A DNA stretch of 63,536 bases, counting the filler, from Rhabdomonas costata (Eukaryota): the NCBI GenBank assembly GCA_019059605.1. It is 30 parts of 30 records of this genome, joined end to end, with 100 filler letters (N's around TTAATTAATTAA, not from the genome) between each part and the next. Parts side by side here need not be neighbours in the genome. Positions count along the whole stretch, not along the records: positions 1 to 2,023 come from JAHMHO010006329.1; positions 2,124 to 4,142 come from JAHMHO010006330.1; positions 4,243 to 6,261 come from JAHMHO010006331.1; positions 6,362 to 8,384 come from JAHMHO010006332.1; positions 8,485 to 10,507 come from JAHMHO010006333.1; positions 10,608 to 12,630 come from JAHMHO010006334.1; positions 12,731 to 14,752 come from JAHMHO010006335.1; 23 more parts are not named here. One strand, 5' to 3'. The notes under the pieces were generated by a model that was not told the origin of the DNA, ran no database searches, and worked only from the letters and a program-made list of their open reading frames with translations. A program made the position numbers and the translations under genes. Shown piece by piece: positions 1-12,976 of this stretch (within the stretch, counting starts at the first letter, position 1; the number at the start of each line of letters is the position of its first letter).

Positions 1-2023
1 GTCAACTCATCTTCTGATCATCACCTCATTCCTTTGCGTTTGCCACTATGCACCGCGGAGGCGTTCCACTGCGGCACCCCACTCTCATTTCGCACGCTGC
101 AGCTTCCCCGACAACGCTGCCATCACACTCCACCAGATTCGCATCAATCAACTTAAGCGTGTCACACTGCTGGTTCCTTACACAGACTGGGTACATCTGT
201 ATCACCTTTCCCACCCCAATTTCGACCGGACACGCGGCTATTCACACTGCAGAAGCCGGGCGATTATTTGCCTGTGCTACAACCTTCTTTGTTCCTCCTG
301 CTTCTTCATTTCTGTTCTATCTTTTGCTTTCTCCATTGTTTCACTTCGTTCCCGCCCATTCCCGCTCACGCAAGCCTCCCGCCGTGTTTCACATTTCAAC
401 CCTGTGTTTTTTCCTACATGAGGGCGGTCCTTCTGGCAAAAAAACCCGAGCGCTCTTCTCCTCTCTTCTGCTGCGCTGCGCCCAGATAGAGAGCACGAGA
501 AGGGCCATCTCTCCCTCTATCACGCCCACCACACAGATTGATTGTGGGAGCCTCTTTCTCTGGGCACCCATCTGAACCTCATTTGACCTGGCACCGGGCT
601 GTCTAAACAGCAAAAGCTAGGCGGCTTTATCCTTGCACTTCCTCTTACAACTCTCTTCCGTCTTTTGATGACATGTTTCCTCCCCCTCCCCCTACTTTTC
701 CTGCATTCCCGCTCACCCAGTCCTGTTGCCCTGTTCTTCGTTGAAAAACAGATACCCCGCGTTTTCTGGCGGGAGGGCTTTCTGACTGGCAGCAAGTCCG
801 AGTGCTCTTCTACTGCGCTGCGCCCAGATAGAGAGCCAGAGGGACGTAACTTCTCTCTTTCCCTCCTCCACCGTACAGATCGCCTGTATGTGTGGGGATG
901 AATAGGGTGTAAACCCATTCAGCAGCTTGGGGCTAATCCCTTTGTGTGTCTGTGAGCTGTGTGATCACAGACGCCCTGCCAACTCTCGATCCCCTCCGGG
1001 CAGGGGCCCCCAGTATGGTTTGGACCAAGGGCGCGTGAAGGCAGAGATGACTCTCCTTCTCCCTTGCGCTGCGCTGGCCTCCTTTCTGGAGGCTAAATGA
1101 ATTAATTCAATTACCGACCCTTTTTCTTTTCGTTATTTTTATTTTGGGTGCTGCTCTGCCTTGTGTTGTCTTTGTTTGCTCTGCAACTCTCGCTCCCATT
1201 CTTTCCGGAAACATCCTTGTTGCTCGTCTGAGAGCTTCTGTGTGCATTTGAGCTGGCCTTTTGATGTGGGGCAGAAAAGCCGCGCTGAACACATCTGTGA
1301 GACAGACTATCGCGGTCCTATGCAGTCACTATTTGATTTTATCGGTGTTGAGGAGAGTAACAGGCTGCCGGCAACCTCATGTACGCCGCCGCTGTGCCGC
1401 GCCGTAGCATTCAAGGAAGGGAAGCCCCGCACCAGCGTCGCGGACATCACACACACACACACCAACGTAGCATTCGCACTGTGTGCCCAAAAGGAATTGT
1501 CCCGGCGACTCATGGAACATGCAGCGAACATACTGCAGGCTTAGCCGAAATGGAAATCCGATTTGTGCGCTTGCAAATGCGATGGTGCGGTCCACAAAGC
1601 GGCAAACGGAGACTCACCTTTCATTCGCTGCTATGACGAGGTACGTTCTGTGGTCCTGTAACCCTTACCCTAACCTCTCTGTGGTCCGCCGACACCTAAC
1701 ACCATGACCCCAGCAAGAGCCCTGTTGGTCGCTCCGAGCTTGCGGTGCAATGTCGCGCACCCCCTTGTTGAAGAACGCCCGAAAGCCCGTATTTGGCTGC
1801 AGGTTCCATTCGACGTTTAATGTGCTTTTGCACCGCAGAGTGCCGATGCAACCTCGGCTATCCCCACGCTGGCATAAATTCACCAATTGGTCTCTGGTAG
1901 GCTTGCCAGTTCACCGCTGGTACCTCGTCCTGACCGTCACTCCCATTTGCCCCATTGCACTGCTTTGCAGCAGCCGCTCCTATCACCTCACCATCCCTTC
2001 CCATTACTGCACACAAATGACGG

Positions 2024-2123
2024 NNNNNNNNNNNNNNNNNNNNNNNNNNNNNNNNNNNNNNNNNNNNTTAATTAATTAANNNNNNNNNNNNNNNNNNNNN
2101 NNNNNNNNNNNNNNNNNNNNNNN
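2024..2123. other. Artificial contig-joining spacer (first of 29)
   Basis: 44 N + TTAATTAATTAA (stops in all six frames) + 44 N, recurring about every 2.12 kb. Contigs start at 1, 2124, 4243, 6362, 8485, 10608, 12731, 14853, 16975, 19097, 21219, 23341, 25463, 27585, 29707, 31829, 33951, 36073, 38192, 40312, 42433, 44555, 46676, 48797, 50918, 53035, 55155, 57275, 59397 and 61517. Confidence 0.99.
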
Positions 2124-3237
2124 TGTTGTGTGTGGGTGTTTTCGCTCGGGCGCGTGTGTGTGGTTGTGTGTGGGTGTGTGTTGCCAGCACTGATTTGAGT
2201 TGGTGTGGTTGAATGGGTGGTGGTGGTAAAACGGTTGCGTCCTGGTACTTAATCGGTATTGCATTGAATGTGAAGACCGTCTTGCGTCACACTACTTTCA
2301 CTCTCCCTTTGTTCTGTTGTTCTCGCCTCACAGAAAGTTGTCAGAGGGGAGTCAGCTGGGAAGATAAAGTTGGGTGCTTTGTGTCTGATCTTTTCTTTAC
2401 CGCGGCCGGGGCGACAGGCCTTGGCGCACGTCTTGCACCTGAACCGCACTCGTCTACCATGGCGGCGATGCCTGGGTTCCAGCAAGATTGGGTTCTGCCG
2501 GTTGCGCATGCTTCGTGTACGGAACCCGAGGCCCTTCCAGTGGCAGGGCGCGCTCACTCGAAGCTTCCTGTGCCCCGCGGAGGGGGCGGAGCGGTACCGC
2601 GCGATCTTCGCACGGAGGACGCCCTCCGGAGCTTCGCTGCGGCAAGGAAACTGCACGTGTTTTGGAGTGGCCCCGGTGCGCCAGGGAAGCCCGGTCACGA
2701 AGCTGGTGTCGTCTATAAGCTAGGGCTGACTTCGTTTGTGCTTTTGCATTTCCGCATCTAAGGGCCCAGATTCGGCCGTCGTTTTCGCTTTATTTGGTGC
2801 GTCAGAGGCCCCCTCACTCAAACGCATCTGAAAGTTGCGATCGTTTTGTGCTTCTATGAATAGATCGATGATGAGGAGAAAGTCTTCCAAGGGTCGGCAG
2901 ATGTTTGGGGTCAAAATTTTCCGGCTCTGAGTGGTGTGTAGTTCCAGTAACTAAGGTATGAAGCGCATTCCGCTTCTCCACCCGATGCGCTCGAGGAAAT
3001 GTTTCTAATTATCCGGAGGTTTACATCTCAGATAAAGACACACGGTCTCCATCAAGTCATGACAGTATCCGCTGGCCAAACTTGCAGCGAAAGTTGGGTG
3101 GGGCGCCTTGCATGCCCAGTTTTCGTCTCCACCGGTGCTGTTCTCTTTCTCCCGAGGTTCCCATGTCGTTTCGTGGAGGGCAGCGTCGCCCATTTTTATG
3201 CAAAACTCTTCTTCCGCCTTCCTTCCTTCGATGAAGA

Positions 3238-4088
3238 ATGAAGGTACTTTTGGGCAAGGGACTCCGTGTGGCTGTTTTTATAATGTTGGCATGGTGTTTC
3301 GGACTGGCAATGGTTGCGCCCGGGCTTGCATCCAAGCTGCCACGACGCAGGCCGTCCGCCGATATGCTTGGCCCACCTGTCGCTGCCTCAAGGATTCCTG
3401 TCACTTCTCCACACTCACCGGCCGCGGAGGCGCCTTTGCCTGTGCCTGAAATTGCACGTCAAGTTCCAGGAGCAGCGTCTGTGGAGTCGCCGGCGCAACC
3501 TTCCCCGGTATATTTGTTCTTTTTCAGAGGAAAATCCAAAGCGCAAGCAGAAGCAAAACCACATTGCGCTAGTTTCTAGGAAGCTTCTGGATGGATTCGA
3601 ATCTTGGTGCCGATTGGCACGTGAAACCGAGAAAACACAAATGCAGATATGGATCAATCTCTTCCGAGGATTGGAATACACTAAATGCACGTGTTGCTCA
3701 TGTTGTGTGCAAGTTTCTAACCTGCCGATTTGCGTTGTTCTTTTCCTGCCGCTGCAGGTTTTGAAGCCAGAACCGAAGTTAACACTGATGACCACTCTGA
3801 AGCCCCGGACGGCAGAAATGGATGCCGTGCAGTACAATGCAGTTATGAGCTGGGTCAAGCAGGGCGCTCAGCCGCGAGGTTGGCAACCCCTCCCCCCTCC
3901 CAGCTGTTCCTCATTTTGTGTTTAGAAGCGCATCGACCCGCTTTTCTTTATCTGAGGATCAGTAGTTTCTTGCCTTGTTGCTATTTTCTTTTGTGCAGTG
4001 GTTATCTTCGGTAACTCCACGGGAGCGGAGAATCTGGCCCAAGAAACCGGTGCCCATCATGTGCCATTGGCTCCCCATGGACCCTCAG
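3238..4088 (+). CDS. Type II membrane glycosyltransferase-like protein, 5' part (exons 3238-3507, 3758-3878, 3999-4088)
   Basis: Phase-consistent GT-AG joins. N-terminal hydrophobic anchor (VAVFIMLAWCFGLAMV), then a Pro-rich stem, then LTLMTTLKP...VQYNAVMSW...VVIFGNSTGAENLAQETGAHHVP. This resembles the TTxKP..QxNAxxSW..IILFG motif of an uncharacterised GT-like family (recognised from memory). Confidence 0.6.
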
Positions 4089-5843
4089 GTGCGCCTGGGT
4101 CGGAGAACTTTCTGGGCGCTCACACCTATGATTTTTTTCATTNNNNNNNNNNNNNNNNNNNNNNNNNNNNNNNNNNNNNNNNNNNNTTAATTAATTAANN
4201 NNNNNNNNNNNNNNNNNNNNNNNNNNNNNNNNNNNNNNNNNNTGTTTGTGTTTTGCGGAAGGTCCCAGCACGGGGTACACGGGAGCATGCACGTTCCTTC
4301 ACAGGCATCTCACATTGTCAAAAAAAAAATGACCCAGACGCAGGGCTTCCTTCCCATCCCCCCTCGTTCCACTCCCCGACCTCTAAGTACGTACGTGTAT
4401 ATGTTAGCAAAGGGTTCGCAGCAAGGCAAACCAGATCCTTCGCACACCCCATGCACTAAAGGATGCAGTGGGTGAAGACCGGGAACAGACCCCCCCTCCC
4501 GACCATCAACAACCACTACAACCATTACAATCATGGATTTGAGGGCGGAGGGAATATCTCCACAGCCAACTTCCCTTCTTTGGGAAAACCTGTGGGAGAA
4601 GCGAAACCAAGAAAAATGAGAGAGAAAAGAAAGAAAGATCCACTCCGAGGGGGACAGCGGGGGATGTCTCATCCTCAGGATACTGGGATAGGAAAAAGGA
4701 GGAGCTGCCACGGACAAAAAAGCAGCCCGGCAGAGAACGAAGAGGAGAAAGGGAACCGCCGTGCAGAACCGCGACCTCGAAAGGTGACATGGAGCACACT
4801 AGGAAGGAAAAACCAAAGGAGACGTTCGACTGACCTCACCGCTTGCTGCAAACCACGAACAACGCACCCCCATCACGCACACACACATGGCAGGCCCAAG
4901 AGCAGTTTATGGGCCAAACGATACGGGGTCCTGTTGCATAGTGTACGCGGGTGTGTACCTGGTTTTATTTAAAATGCACCCACGACAGCGGTGCTCAATT
5001 GAGTTCCGGTCCTCGCAATTGCACAATTTAAAACACCGCTGGTAGCCGAGGAAAGAAAAACGGGGATACACATCCCGCGAATTTGTTTTCGGATTGGATA
5101 AAAATGAGACAGCCCTAAGGGGGACCTTTCTTTCGCAGGGATCCTTCCCGCTTCCTCCTTTCTGGACTCTATAGAAACGATCCTTGCCATTTCGCGCTCG
5201 ACCTTTTTCATTCATGTGCCTGTGTGTTGTCAGCACAATTTGAAGAGATAACGGCATATATTTTTTAGGATCCGGACGCACGCCTGTGACTTTTTAAGGT
5301 TCCGCGGTACTCACAACACCAATCATATTGGTGTGTGTGTGAGTCTCTCAGAAGTACTGGGAGGATTTTTTTGCTCATAAACTGCTCTGTCCTTGCAACC
5401 TGTGAAAAGAACCCCCACCCCGGAGCATACCCCTCTCCCATTACACGGACGTGTGTGTGTGTGGATAAACACAGGAAACCACACCCAAAGCAAAAAGAAA
5501 AAAGGAAGAAAAAGCTACCGGGGTGTATTCCCCGGGTCAAGCGCAAGCTACAGTACTGGAATGGGGTACCTGTGCGTATGAGTTAGTGTCAGTGTGCAAA
5601 TGTGTGTATGTGTGAACACGTGAACACACGTGCAGCAAGCACACAGCACGGAGCAGCAGGCCGGAGTGAGGCTGAGGGAGTGCACCCCTCATCCCCACCC
5701 ATCGAAACACGGACCCCCACCACACACACAATACCGATCTCTTTCTTGGCTCACATTTCCAACGATCTGCCTTCCCCCACCGTCTTCACCATCACCTACC
5801 ACCACTACAGCTTACTATGTCAGGGGCAACGTCCCGCCATGGC

Positions 5844-6005
5844 TTATTTGGTCAGCACTTCGATCACCCCGTCTGAAGAGCTGGTGGAGCTTGCGCACAG
5901 CTCAGCCAGCACGCGGCAGGCCTTGTCCGCGGGCAGCACGGCACGGGCCTCCGTGAACCACTTCAGCGCGGCCTTGGTGTCACCGCTCTGATACCGCTCC
6001 ACTCC
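5844..6005 (-). CDS. Terminal exon resembling the TPR-like C-terminus of class III adenylate/guanylate cyclases
   Basis: GVERYQSGDTKAALKWFTEARAVLPADKACRVLAELC...DGVIEVLTK* matches the GxxxYxxgdfxxAxxxF...PxD...DGVxxxxxK* tail pattern. The exact acceptor is uncertain. Confidence 0.55.
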   Translation of the reverse strand, partial: GVERYQSGDTKAALKWFTEARAVLPADKACRVLAELCASSTSSSDGVIEVLTK

Positions 6006-7604
6006 CTTTTGTTTTTTCGTGCACCGGTGCTCTCCGCGCAAAAAAAAAAAAAGGACGAAGATTCTACCGCAACTCAAAGGGAATGCAGTGCACCGGTTGA
6101 TGTTTCGAGACTTGGGGAGGGGGGCGGATTACGTCTTGGGGCAGGTTTGCATGCGTTTGCGCCAGCCACCCCTTGTAAGAATAGGAAAAGCATCTGGCCC
6201 AAGAAGAAGTTGAGCAATGCTACAGAACAGATTCACAAACAGTGTTCTTCTCCCACCCCACNNNNNNNNNNNNNNNNNNNNNNNNNNNNNNNNNNNNNNN
6301 NNNNNTTAATTAATTAANNNNNNNNNNNNNNNNNNNNNNNNNNNNNNNNNNNNNNNNNNNNGTGTGGGTGGTCCTTCCTTCCAGATAGAATGTACAGGTA
6401 ATCCATTTTGAAACCTTCGTGCACGTACACGAGTTATGACAGCAAAGAACTAAGACGAAACGCCTTCCACAAGCACGATGAAGCAGACCGTGAGCATAAT
6501 AAGGTGGTTTTGAATTTGGGAGAGCGTGTGTGTGTGCATGCGTGCGTGCATGTTTATGTAATTTGAGTAACGACCGCTCCAAGAATCCAACGTAGAAAAC
6601 GCCTAAACGGCAGCGAGGTGGTCCTGGTCGGACTGAGGGGATCACCAAACAGCAGGCCGCAGCCCTAGTGCCAACCACTTTAGTAGGTGAGGAAACAACA
6701 CCGAACGAGGGGCAGGGTGTTCATTGGCAAACGAGGCAAAAAGTGCAGTTGCCAAGCGGCAGAAGAATGCCACTTGTTCGAGATATATATACATTTCTCA
6801 GTCATCACCAAAGGAACTTATGTCACCAACCAGGCACTGGCCCACTTGTTTCACAAGTATTGGTTGGGGTGGGGCCAGAGTTGACTTCATTTATACGCCA
6901 CATCGAGGTCATTGTTGCCTTCAATCAAACGCCTAATCGACCAGTCTGTTAAACCATGATATGTACTTGAGTCGACCTCGGTGCGTGACAGTATCCGTAC
7001 CAGTTTTCTCCCTTCACAACCAGCTCAGTGTGTGTGACCCCCTCTGGTGTGGCGCCCTGACTCCACGTGGAGATTGGGGGACAACGGCCGGCATTCTCCA
7101 GGCCTGCCGGCGAAGAGCTCCCGACCCCTGCAGCCCTGACACCGGGTTACGCCAACCCCCGTCCCAACCGCTCTTCCTTCTTCCTCTTCCGCTCGGCCCC
7201 CCAGCAGCAGGTGGGCTCCATCACGGAAAGCCCGGAACCGGGCGATCCACGCCGAGCACGGCAACTGACCCAAGCGTGGGGCCCAGCTCCGCCCCTTCCG
7301 CAGCTCCAGTCCCTCTGTCCATCCGCCCCGATGATTGGCCGGTGCCCCTCCGGCCTGCCGATTGGACGGGACGGCGACGGGGTCCTCTTCCTACCCCTCG
7401 TGTTTCCTCCGTCTATACTTGTTGGCGTATTCGTTAGCTTTGGAAGTTTCTCACCAGTGCTCACAGCGCGAAGGCAGTTCGATCAGGCGACGTTAAGATA
7501 TGAAGTACGCTACACACTTCATCCCCATCCATCATGAGGTCCCTTCTCGCTCATCACCCGCCCACTTAGTGCAGTGCCTTTGTAAATAACAGATTCTCTT
7601 CCAA

Positions 7605-8384
7605 TCACACACGTGGCAGTAGGCAGCTCCAACATTTCTCATACACAAGACGCAAGCAAAATCTCGCATCATCTTTGATCTGCTCGCCTTCAACGCCCAC
7701 TTTCACACACTTTTTGCCGAGCCCCCCGAATTCCACCTTCCAATACTTGAGCAACTTTCTCTCTAAAAAACTGCGACCCCTATGTTTTTCACCAATCTCG
7801 ACATGTAAAATTGCTTCGGGGTGTGCGGGGTTCTTTTTCAATCCGGTCCACCCCATATCTCCACACGCCGTCTTACTTTTGGAGCCCTTCCTAGCTTACA
7901 CCTTTGTGCAGACCATGCTATCACCACTTCGTCGCTGTTGTCCAATTATTGTCGTCTGGCACTCTCACCACGAACCCTGCGTCGTTTCCTCTGCACAAAC
8001 TATGCTGTTTTCTTCTTGAAGGCAGCCGGATTTCTGTTGAACACGGGATCCAAAACATTCCGGCACGTCGAACTCATGGCTGGGAAAACGCTTTGAAAAG
8101 CCCACCCGCGCACACAAACACGCAACCTGCCAGGACAGCTCTCCGTACTTTTCCACGTGCTCGTGCGGGCGCCGGACCCCAAACGCCCGCATCAACTGCT
8201 AAGCATCTGAAGTTGGCATCCCGCTTCCCGCCCTGAACCTCGCGACGCCCACCCGCCACCTTTCCGCTCGGGAAGCCTCTGCTGCAAGCCAGCATTCTTA
8301 TTATCCCCGCATCTCTATGTCCGGACGCTTTCTCCGACATTCCCTCCTTTTTTCCGATGCTGCACCACAACCCCCCCTGTTCAT
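7605..8384 (-). mobile_element. Possible decayed non-LTR retrotransposon (post-RT region)
   Basis: Frameshifted, purine-rich minus strand with GVWG, ACGDMGW and RKLLKYWK fragments resembling the EVW..GELGW..KLxYW pattern of LINE ORF2. No intact ORF. Confidence 0.3.
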
Positions 8385-10607
8385 NNNNNNNNNNNNNNNN
8401 NNNNNNNNNNNNNNNNNNNNNNNNNNNNTTAATTAATTAANNNNNNNNNNNNNNNNNNNNNNNNNNNNNNNNNNNNNNNNNNNNGTGTTGGGTGTGGTTG
8501 GGTTGGGGGTGGATGAGGAGGACATGCCGGGGTGCGCACCAATTTGACTTTCGAGGTGATGCCCCGACGGCTCCCCTTGGGCATGGCACTACAAAGGGTC
8601 CCCTCCACTGTGAATAGCAGCGTTTGTGTGCTTGAATGGTTTAAGCTTAAGCCGCTTAAGCCTTGCACCCTCTTAGAGGTATGGGCACTGTGCGTGAGCA
8701 GAGGGTCAATGCGATGCACAATCCCTCCCCGAAACCGATGTTTCCTTCGGGAACGTTTGGTTTTCTACTCGCACAGAAAAACTCTTGCAGATGGCACAGA
8801 AGGGGAAAGCGAAGGTGACAGAAGCGCTGGGGTATAGGGGAAGGGCACATCGGGGCAAACCAGTATGGAAGGGCGTGATCTCCAACTTAGCGCACTCGTG
8901 AAAGCAGGAGAGAGTTCAGCGAGACCGTGGTGTGGCTGCGGATGGTCGAGAGGCACCTGGGGAGAAGCCATTGATTCGAGGCAAGGGGATCAACTCAGAG
9001 GGTTCGCAGGGAAGGTGGCCAGCACCAAACAACCACCGAAAATGAACAATGTTCTGCGACCGGTCGAAAAAGGGTGGTTGAGAAGTGGCTCTCTGTTTTT
9101 TGTCCCCACGCAAGAAGGCAGTCATGTTTGAGTATTACATCCCCTGGTTTCCAGCACAAAATGATCAATAGGGTGGCAAAGGGGGCTTCGGATTCTTTTT
9201 TTTTTTTTGGACTTTTCGATGCTCTCACAGGACCCTCCCGTCTGCGAGGCCGCGGGGATGTTGTGCTGAACACGAGGCATGCCCGGCCCCGCCGAAACTC
9301 CAAGGTGTATGCATGTGGGGTTGTTTGTTTGGGTTTGTTTGTTCCGGGCAATGCGCAGGTGAGGTGGACAAGCAGTCTTCTAGGAGGAGCTGCACACTTG
9401 TGTTGGTATCAGTGACTTGCCTCCTGCTCGCCCCTCATCCGTGGTTCCGGATGGTCTGTCAAAATGCTTTAGCTCTAGCTTTGGTTTGTTTTGAACTAGC
9501 ACTCCGATGTCTCTGGATGCATTGCTATGCCCCTGTCCCATCGTGTACTGCGCCTTCTGTCTTTTTTACATGTGCCAAGAGGTAACTTTGTGACTTGCGT
9601 AAGAAGGGGCTCCGGCGGTTTTTCTGGCCACTAGGGGGTGCCATGGGGTGCCATGCCCTCAGCCCTGCATGCATTTGCCGCATCACTAGTGACCAGTAAG
9701 CGTCAGTGTGGACCATGCGTGGGGGAGGGGGTGCGACGGCAATGCTTGTGCGATGCTTTCGGACCCATACCAAATGCATGTCTGTGCATGAGCCGATTCG
9801 ACGCCTATGTGTGTGTGCTTCTTTTCTTGCAGCCGGAGACGTTTGCTAAGGCTGTGCCCGGCGACCGCTGGTGAGTATCGCTCATCTGGGCTAGCTCAAC
9901 AGAGCACCTCTGTATTTTTTTCATGGTGATCTGTCTGTGTGGTTGCTGTGGTCATGTTAGTGGTGATGGTAATGGTGGACTTTTGGTGAAGAAGAGTAAA
10001 TGTCGTGGAGTTCTGTGTCATGCCCCATATGTACTGCAGCTGTTCGTTTTCGTGAGGGCCCACCGTTTGCGCGGAACGGCCACCCCCCGCATGCTCAAAG
10101 CGTTTGCAACCCCTTCTACTTTTCATGTGCGTACCGTCGTGAGTATTTGTGAAGGCCTTTTTGGTTTTGCAGGCATGAAAACTGGGTAAGCTGGCTCCGC
10201 CACGTTACTACTCACCTTTTTGCATTTTAGGTGGAAACTACTACATTGGGGCAAGGCCATGTGGTCACCATCGCAAATTTGCTCATGAACGTTGTTGTCA
10301 CACACATGTGATGACCATCCAGGAAGATGTTTGCCAGCATGATGACAAATTACCTTAAATTACCTTCTAATGCTCCACGAGTTCGAGTGTCGTTGACGAT
10401 TGTGTGTCCGGTGGTCATGGCACCCGCGGGGTTCGTCGTAATTCTGTTCATGCTTGTTCAAGCAACCATGCAGGATTACCTCCTGGGAAGGGCGCGGGTG
10501 CCACACANNNNNNNNNNNNNNNNNNNNNNNNNNNNNNNNNNNNNNNNNNNNTTAATTAATTAANNNNNNNNNNNNNNNNNNNNNNNNNNNNNNNNNNNNN
10601 NNNNNNN

Positions 10608-11874
10608 GGGTGGGGGTTGTCTTCGCTCCTTCACCTTACGATGTAAATAAAAACAGCTTCGTGGCCAATGCCGGGCTCCATGCCTTTGGTTTCGACGCGG
10701 CGCCTGCTGCAGCCACCATGCGGCGTTTTGCGAGGGACATGACAGACTACTTCGCTCTGCTTCGCCAAGCGACGCAGGTGTGTCACTGTGCGCTCTGTTG
10801 CCGTATTTACGCAGACAGGTGAAGCGGGTTATGCGTGTGGTTGGAGGCACATTATCGCCGCACGCCGTATGGCCGTCTGGAATCATACCGCTTTGGTAGA
10901 CCTGGGATCGGCACGTGGGGGCGGCGTGGGCATGTGACACGCGAACTTACTAAACTATGAGCGAACGAACTTCTATGAAACAAAACAGTATATTTCGGTT
11001 GTTGGTTGCCCTTTTTGTGCTCAAAGTGGCTCCGAGGGAACAATATCTTTTTGATTTCTGAAACCTTGCGTTTTCGTTTTTTCGGATGCTATGATGCACT
11101 TCCGGATCTGCAGGTGAAAGCTGCACTCCAGAGCCAAAGACATAAAATAATGGGGACCCACAAGATCCCTCACGCAGCACGTGATTCCACAGATTTTACT
11201 TCCTTAAAGCCAGGTATGTGGCGCGTTTCAACTCAAAATTGAGACGTTTTGATCAAAATCTTGAAAATCAAAATACAGAAGAACACTACGCATGGAATCT
11301 ACATTGTCCTTCAGTCACCATTCTGCAAACACCAGCAACCCAGAATTATGCAAAATGTTGAAACCTTTGAAAAACATGGCCATTTCATTTCGAAAAACCG
11401 TAACCCTGATCCTAACCCAAACCACAATCTATCCATTCAGGATCGTAAAGGACAACAACCACAGGTGCAGCACATTTGGGCAATGCAGACAAAATGCTAA
11501 CCTCCTTTCGGAAACGTTTTCCGTACATTTACTTGGAGGTGAAATGAGCATTATCGCTTTTCGTCGTGGTTATGGTCATGCGCTGCGGGCTCTAATTGCA
11601 GGCCCGGCGGGTCGCTCGGGAGATGTGTGTGCTGTGGAAGGACACTAATGTGGTGAACCCCTCCGGGTGTGCCTACGCGGGGTTCTTCGCCGCGCTGAAC
11701 CACCACAACGCCCCCTTTGTTTCGCTGGAGGGGGCCCACGTGGTGGACCCCTCCGCGATGACTCTCAAGGCGCGGAGCTGCAACGTCCACGACGTGGACG
11801 TGTACGCCCTGGGGCGACTGGTGCTGACAGCCGCCGTGCAGGGCTGCCCCAGGCCCGAAACACCCGCGGCATGA
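10608..11874 (+). CDS. Hypothetical protein, 3' part (exons <10608-10777, 11602-11874)
   Basis: GC3-rich exons with a phase-0 CAG|GTGTGT ... TTGCAG| join, ending in TGA. Weak resemblance to SGNH-like proteins only. Confidence 0.55.
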
Positions 11875-12976
11875 CCTCCGCGTTTTGAGCAGCCGAAAGA
11901 AGGAGGGACCTTTCAATTCCAATGACTTTCCATGCGCGGGCTCCATGGCTCTTTCAGGTCGGAAGAAAAAATATGACGAAGTTGAGCATTACGCAAGGGA
12001 CTGATCAAGATGTGGATCCCCTTCTGCGGAAAATGGCAGGAATGAGGATGGGATGAGGATGGGCTTGGTGACGACTCCCGTATCGAACAAAAGCAGTGCT
12101 GAAGGCGCGCTTCAGCGAGCTTTGAAGCAGGAGGGGTAATCGAACTGTCCTTCGGGAGCTAGTGGCCGGGGCCTTCCCTTCTCTTCCCAAGCGGAGGGCA
12201 AAGAAGAAGACATGCCCTTATGAGCATGTTTGCTTGGAGTTCACCAACCTCTGCTGGATTTTGACACTGTTTATGGTTATTTTACTTTAGCATTACGTGG
12301 AGCTGGGTGTTCTTTTTCTGTCCTTTTTTTTTTACTGTCGCAGCAATTTCCTGCGCGTGAAGCGTGAATACATAAGGCTAGCTCCACCCGGAAACTGAGA
12401 GATTAGTCTGTAACATTCCGAACAGAAGTCTTTCCCCCCTGTTTTTAAGCCGCTGGTCTCAAAAATGTAGTGTACGTGGAGATAAGCGCAGCCCGTAGAC
12501 GAGGTTTTGACTGGGAGGCAAAATACGGTAATGGAAAGGAGCTTTGCGGGCCCAAGGCGCGGGGATTTTTAGGAGTAAATCTCCAGTCCTTTCAGGCTTT
12601 TAGGTACACAGTGCAAAGGCGAAGTTTCGGNNNNNNNNNNNNNNNNNNNNNNNNNNNNNNNNNNNNNNNNNNNNTTAATTAATTAANNNNNNNNNNNNNN
12701 NNNNNNNNNNNNNNNNNNNNNNNNNNNNNNCGAGGGGGGTGTGGCTTATTTTCTCAGTTTTTCCATCTTTTCTGTTTCCGGACACGTAGTTGCGTGAGTT
12801 TGCGTGAGTTTAATTCGATTTGCGTACACAAAGAATGCCTTGCTTGGCCTGAAGTTATCTTCTCATGAGCGACGCATAGCGCATCCTCGTTCACACTGTG
12901 CTACCTGAATTAGTACACTTCTGTTTAGTTAGTCCAAATGATCGCGTGCTTCAATTGTTTGTCCGACATATATAAG

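Noticed and set aside
880-1112. GC-rich hairpin-prone tract ending in an AT tail (possible SINE end or ribozyme)
   Set aside because: No A/B boxes, hammerhead core or second copy could be identified by eye.
11395-11430. Degenerate telomere-like TAACCC repeats (also near 1658 and 53743)
   Set aside because: Two or three imperfect internal units only. Not telomeres.
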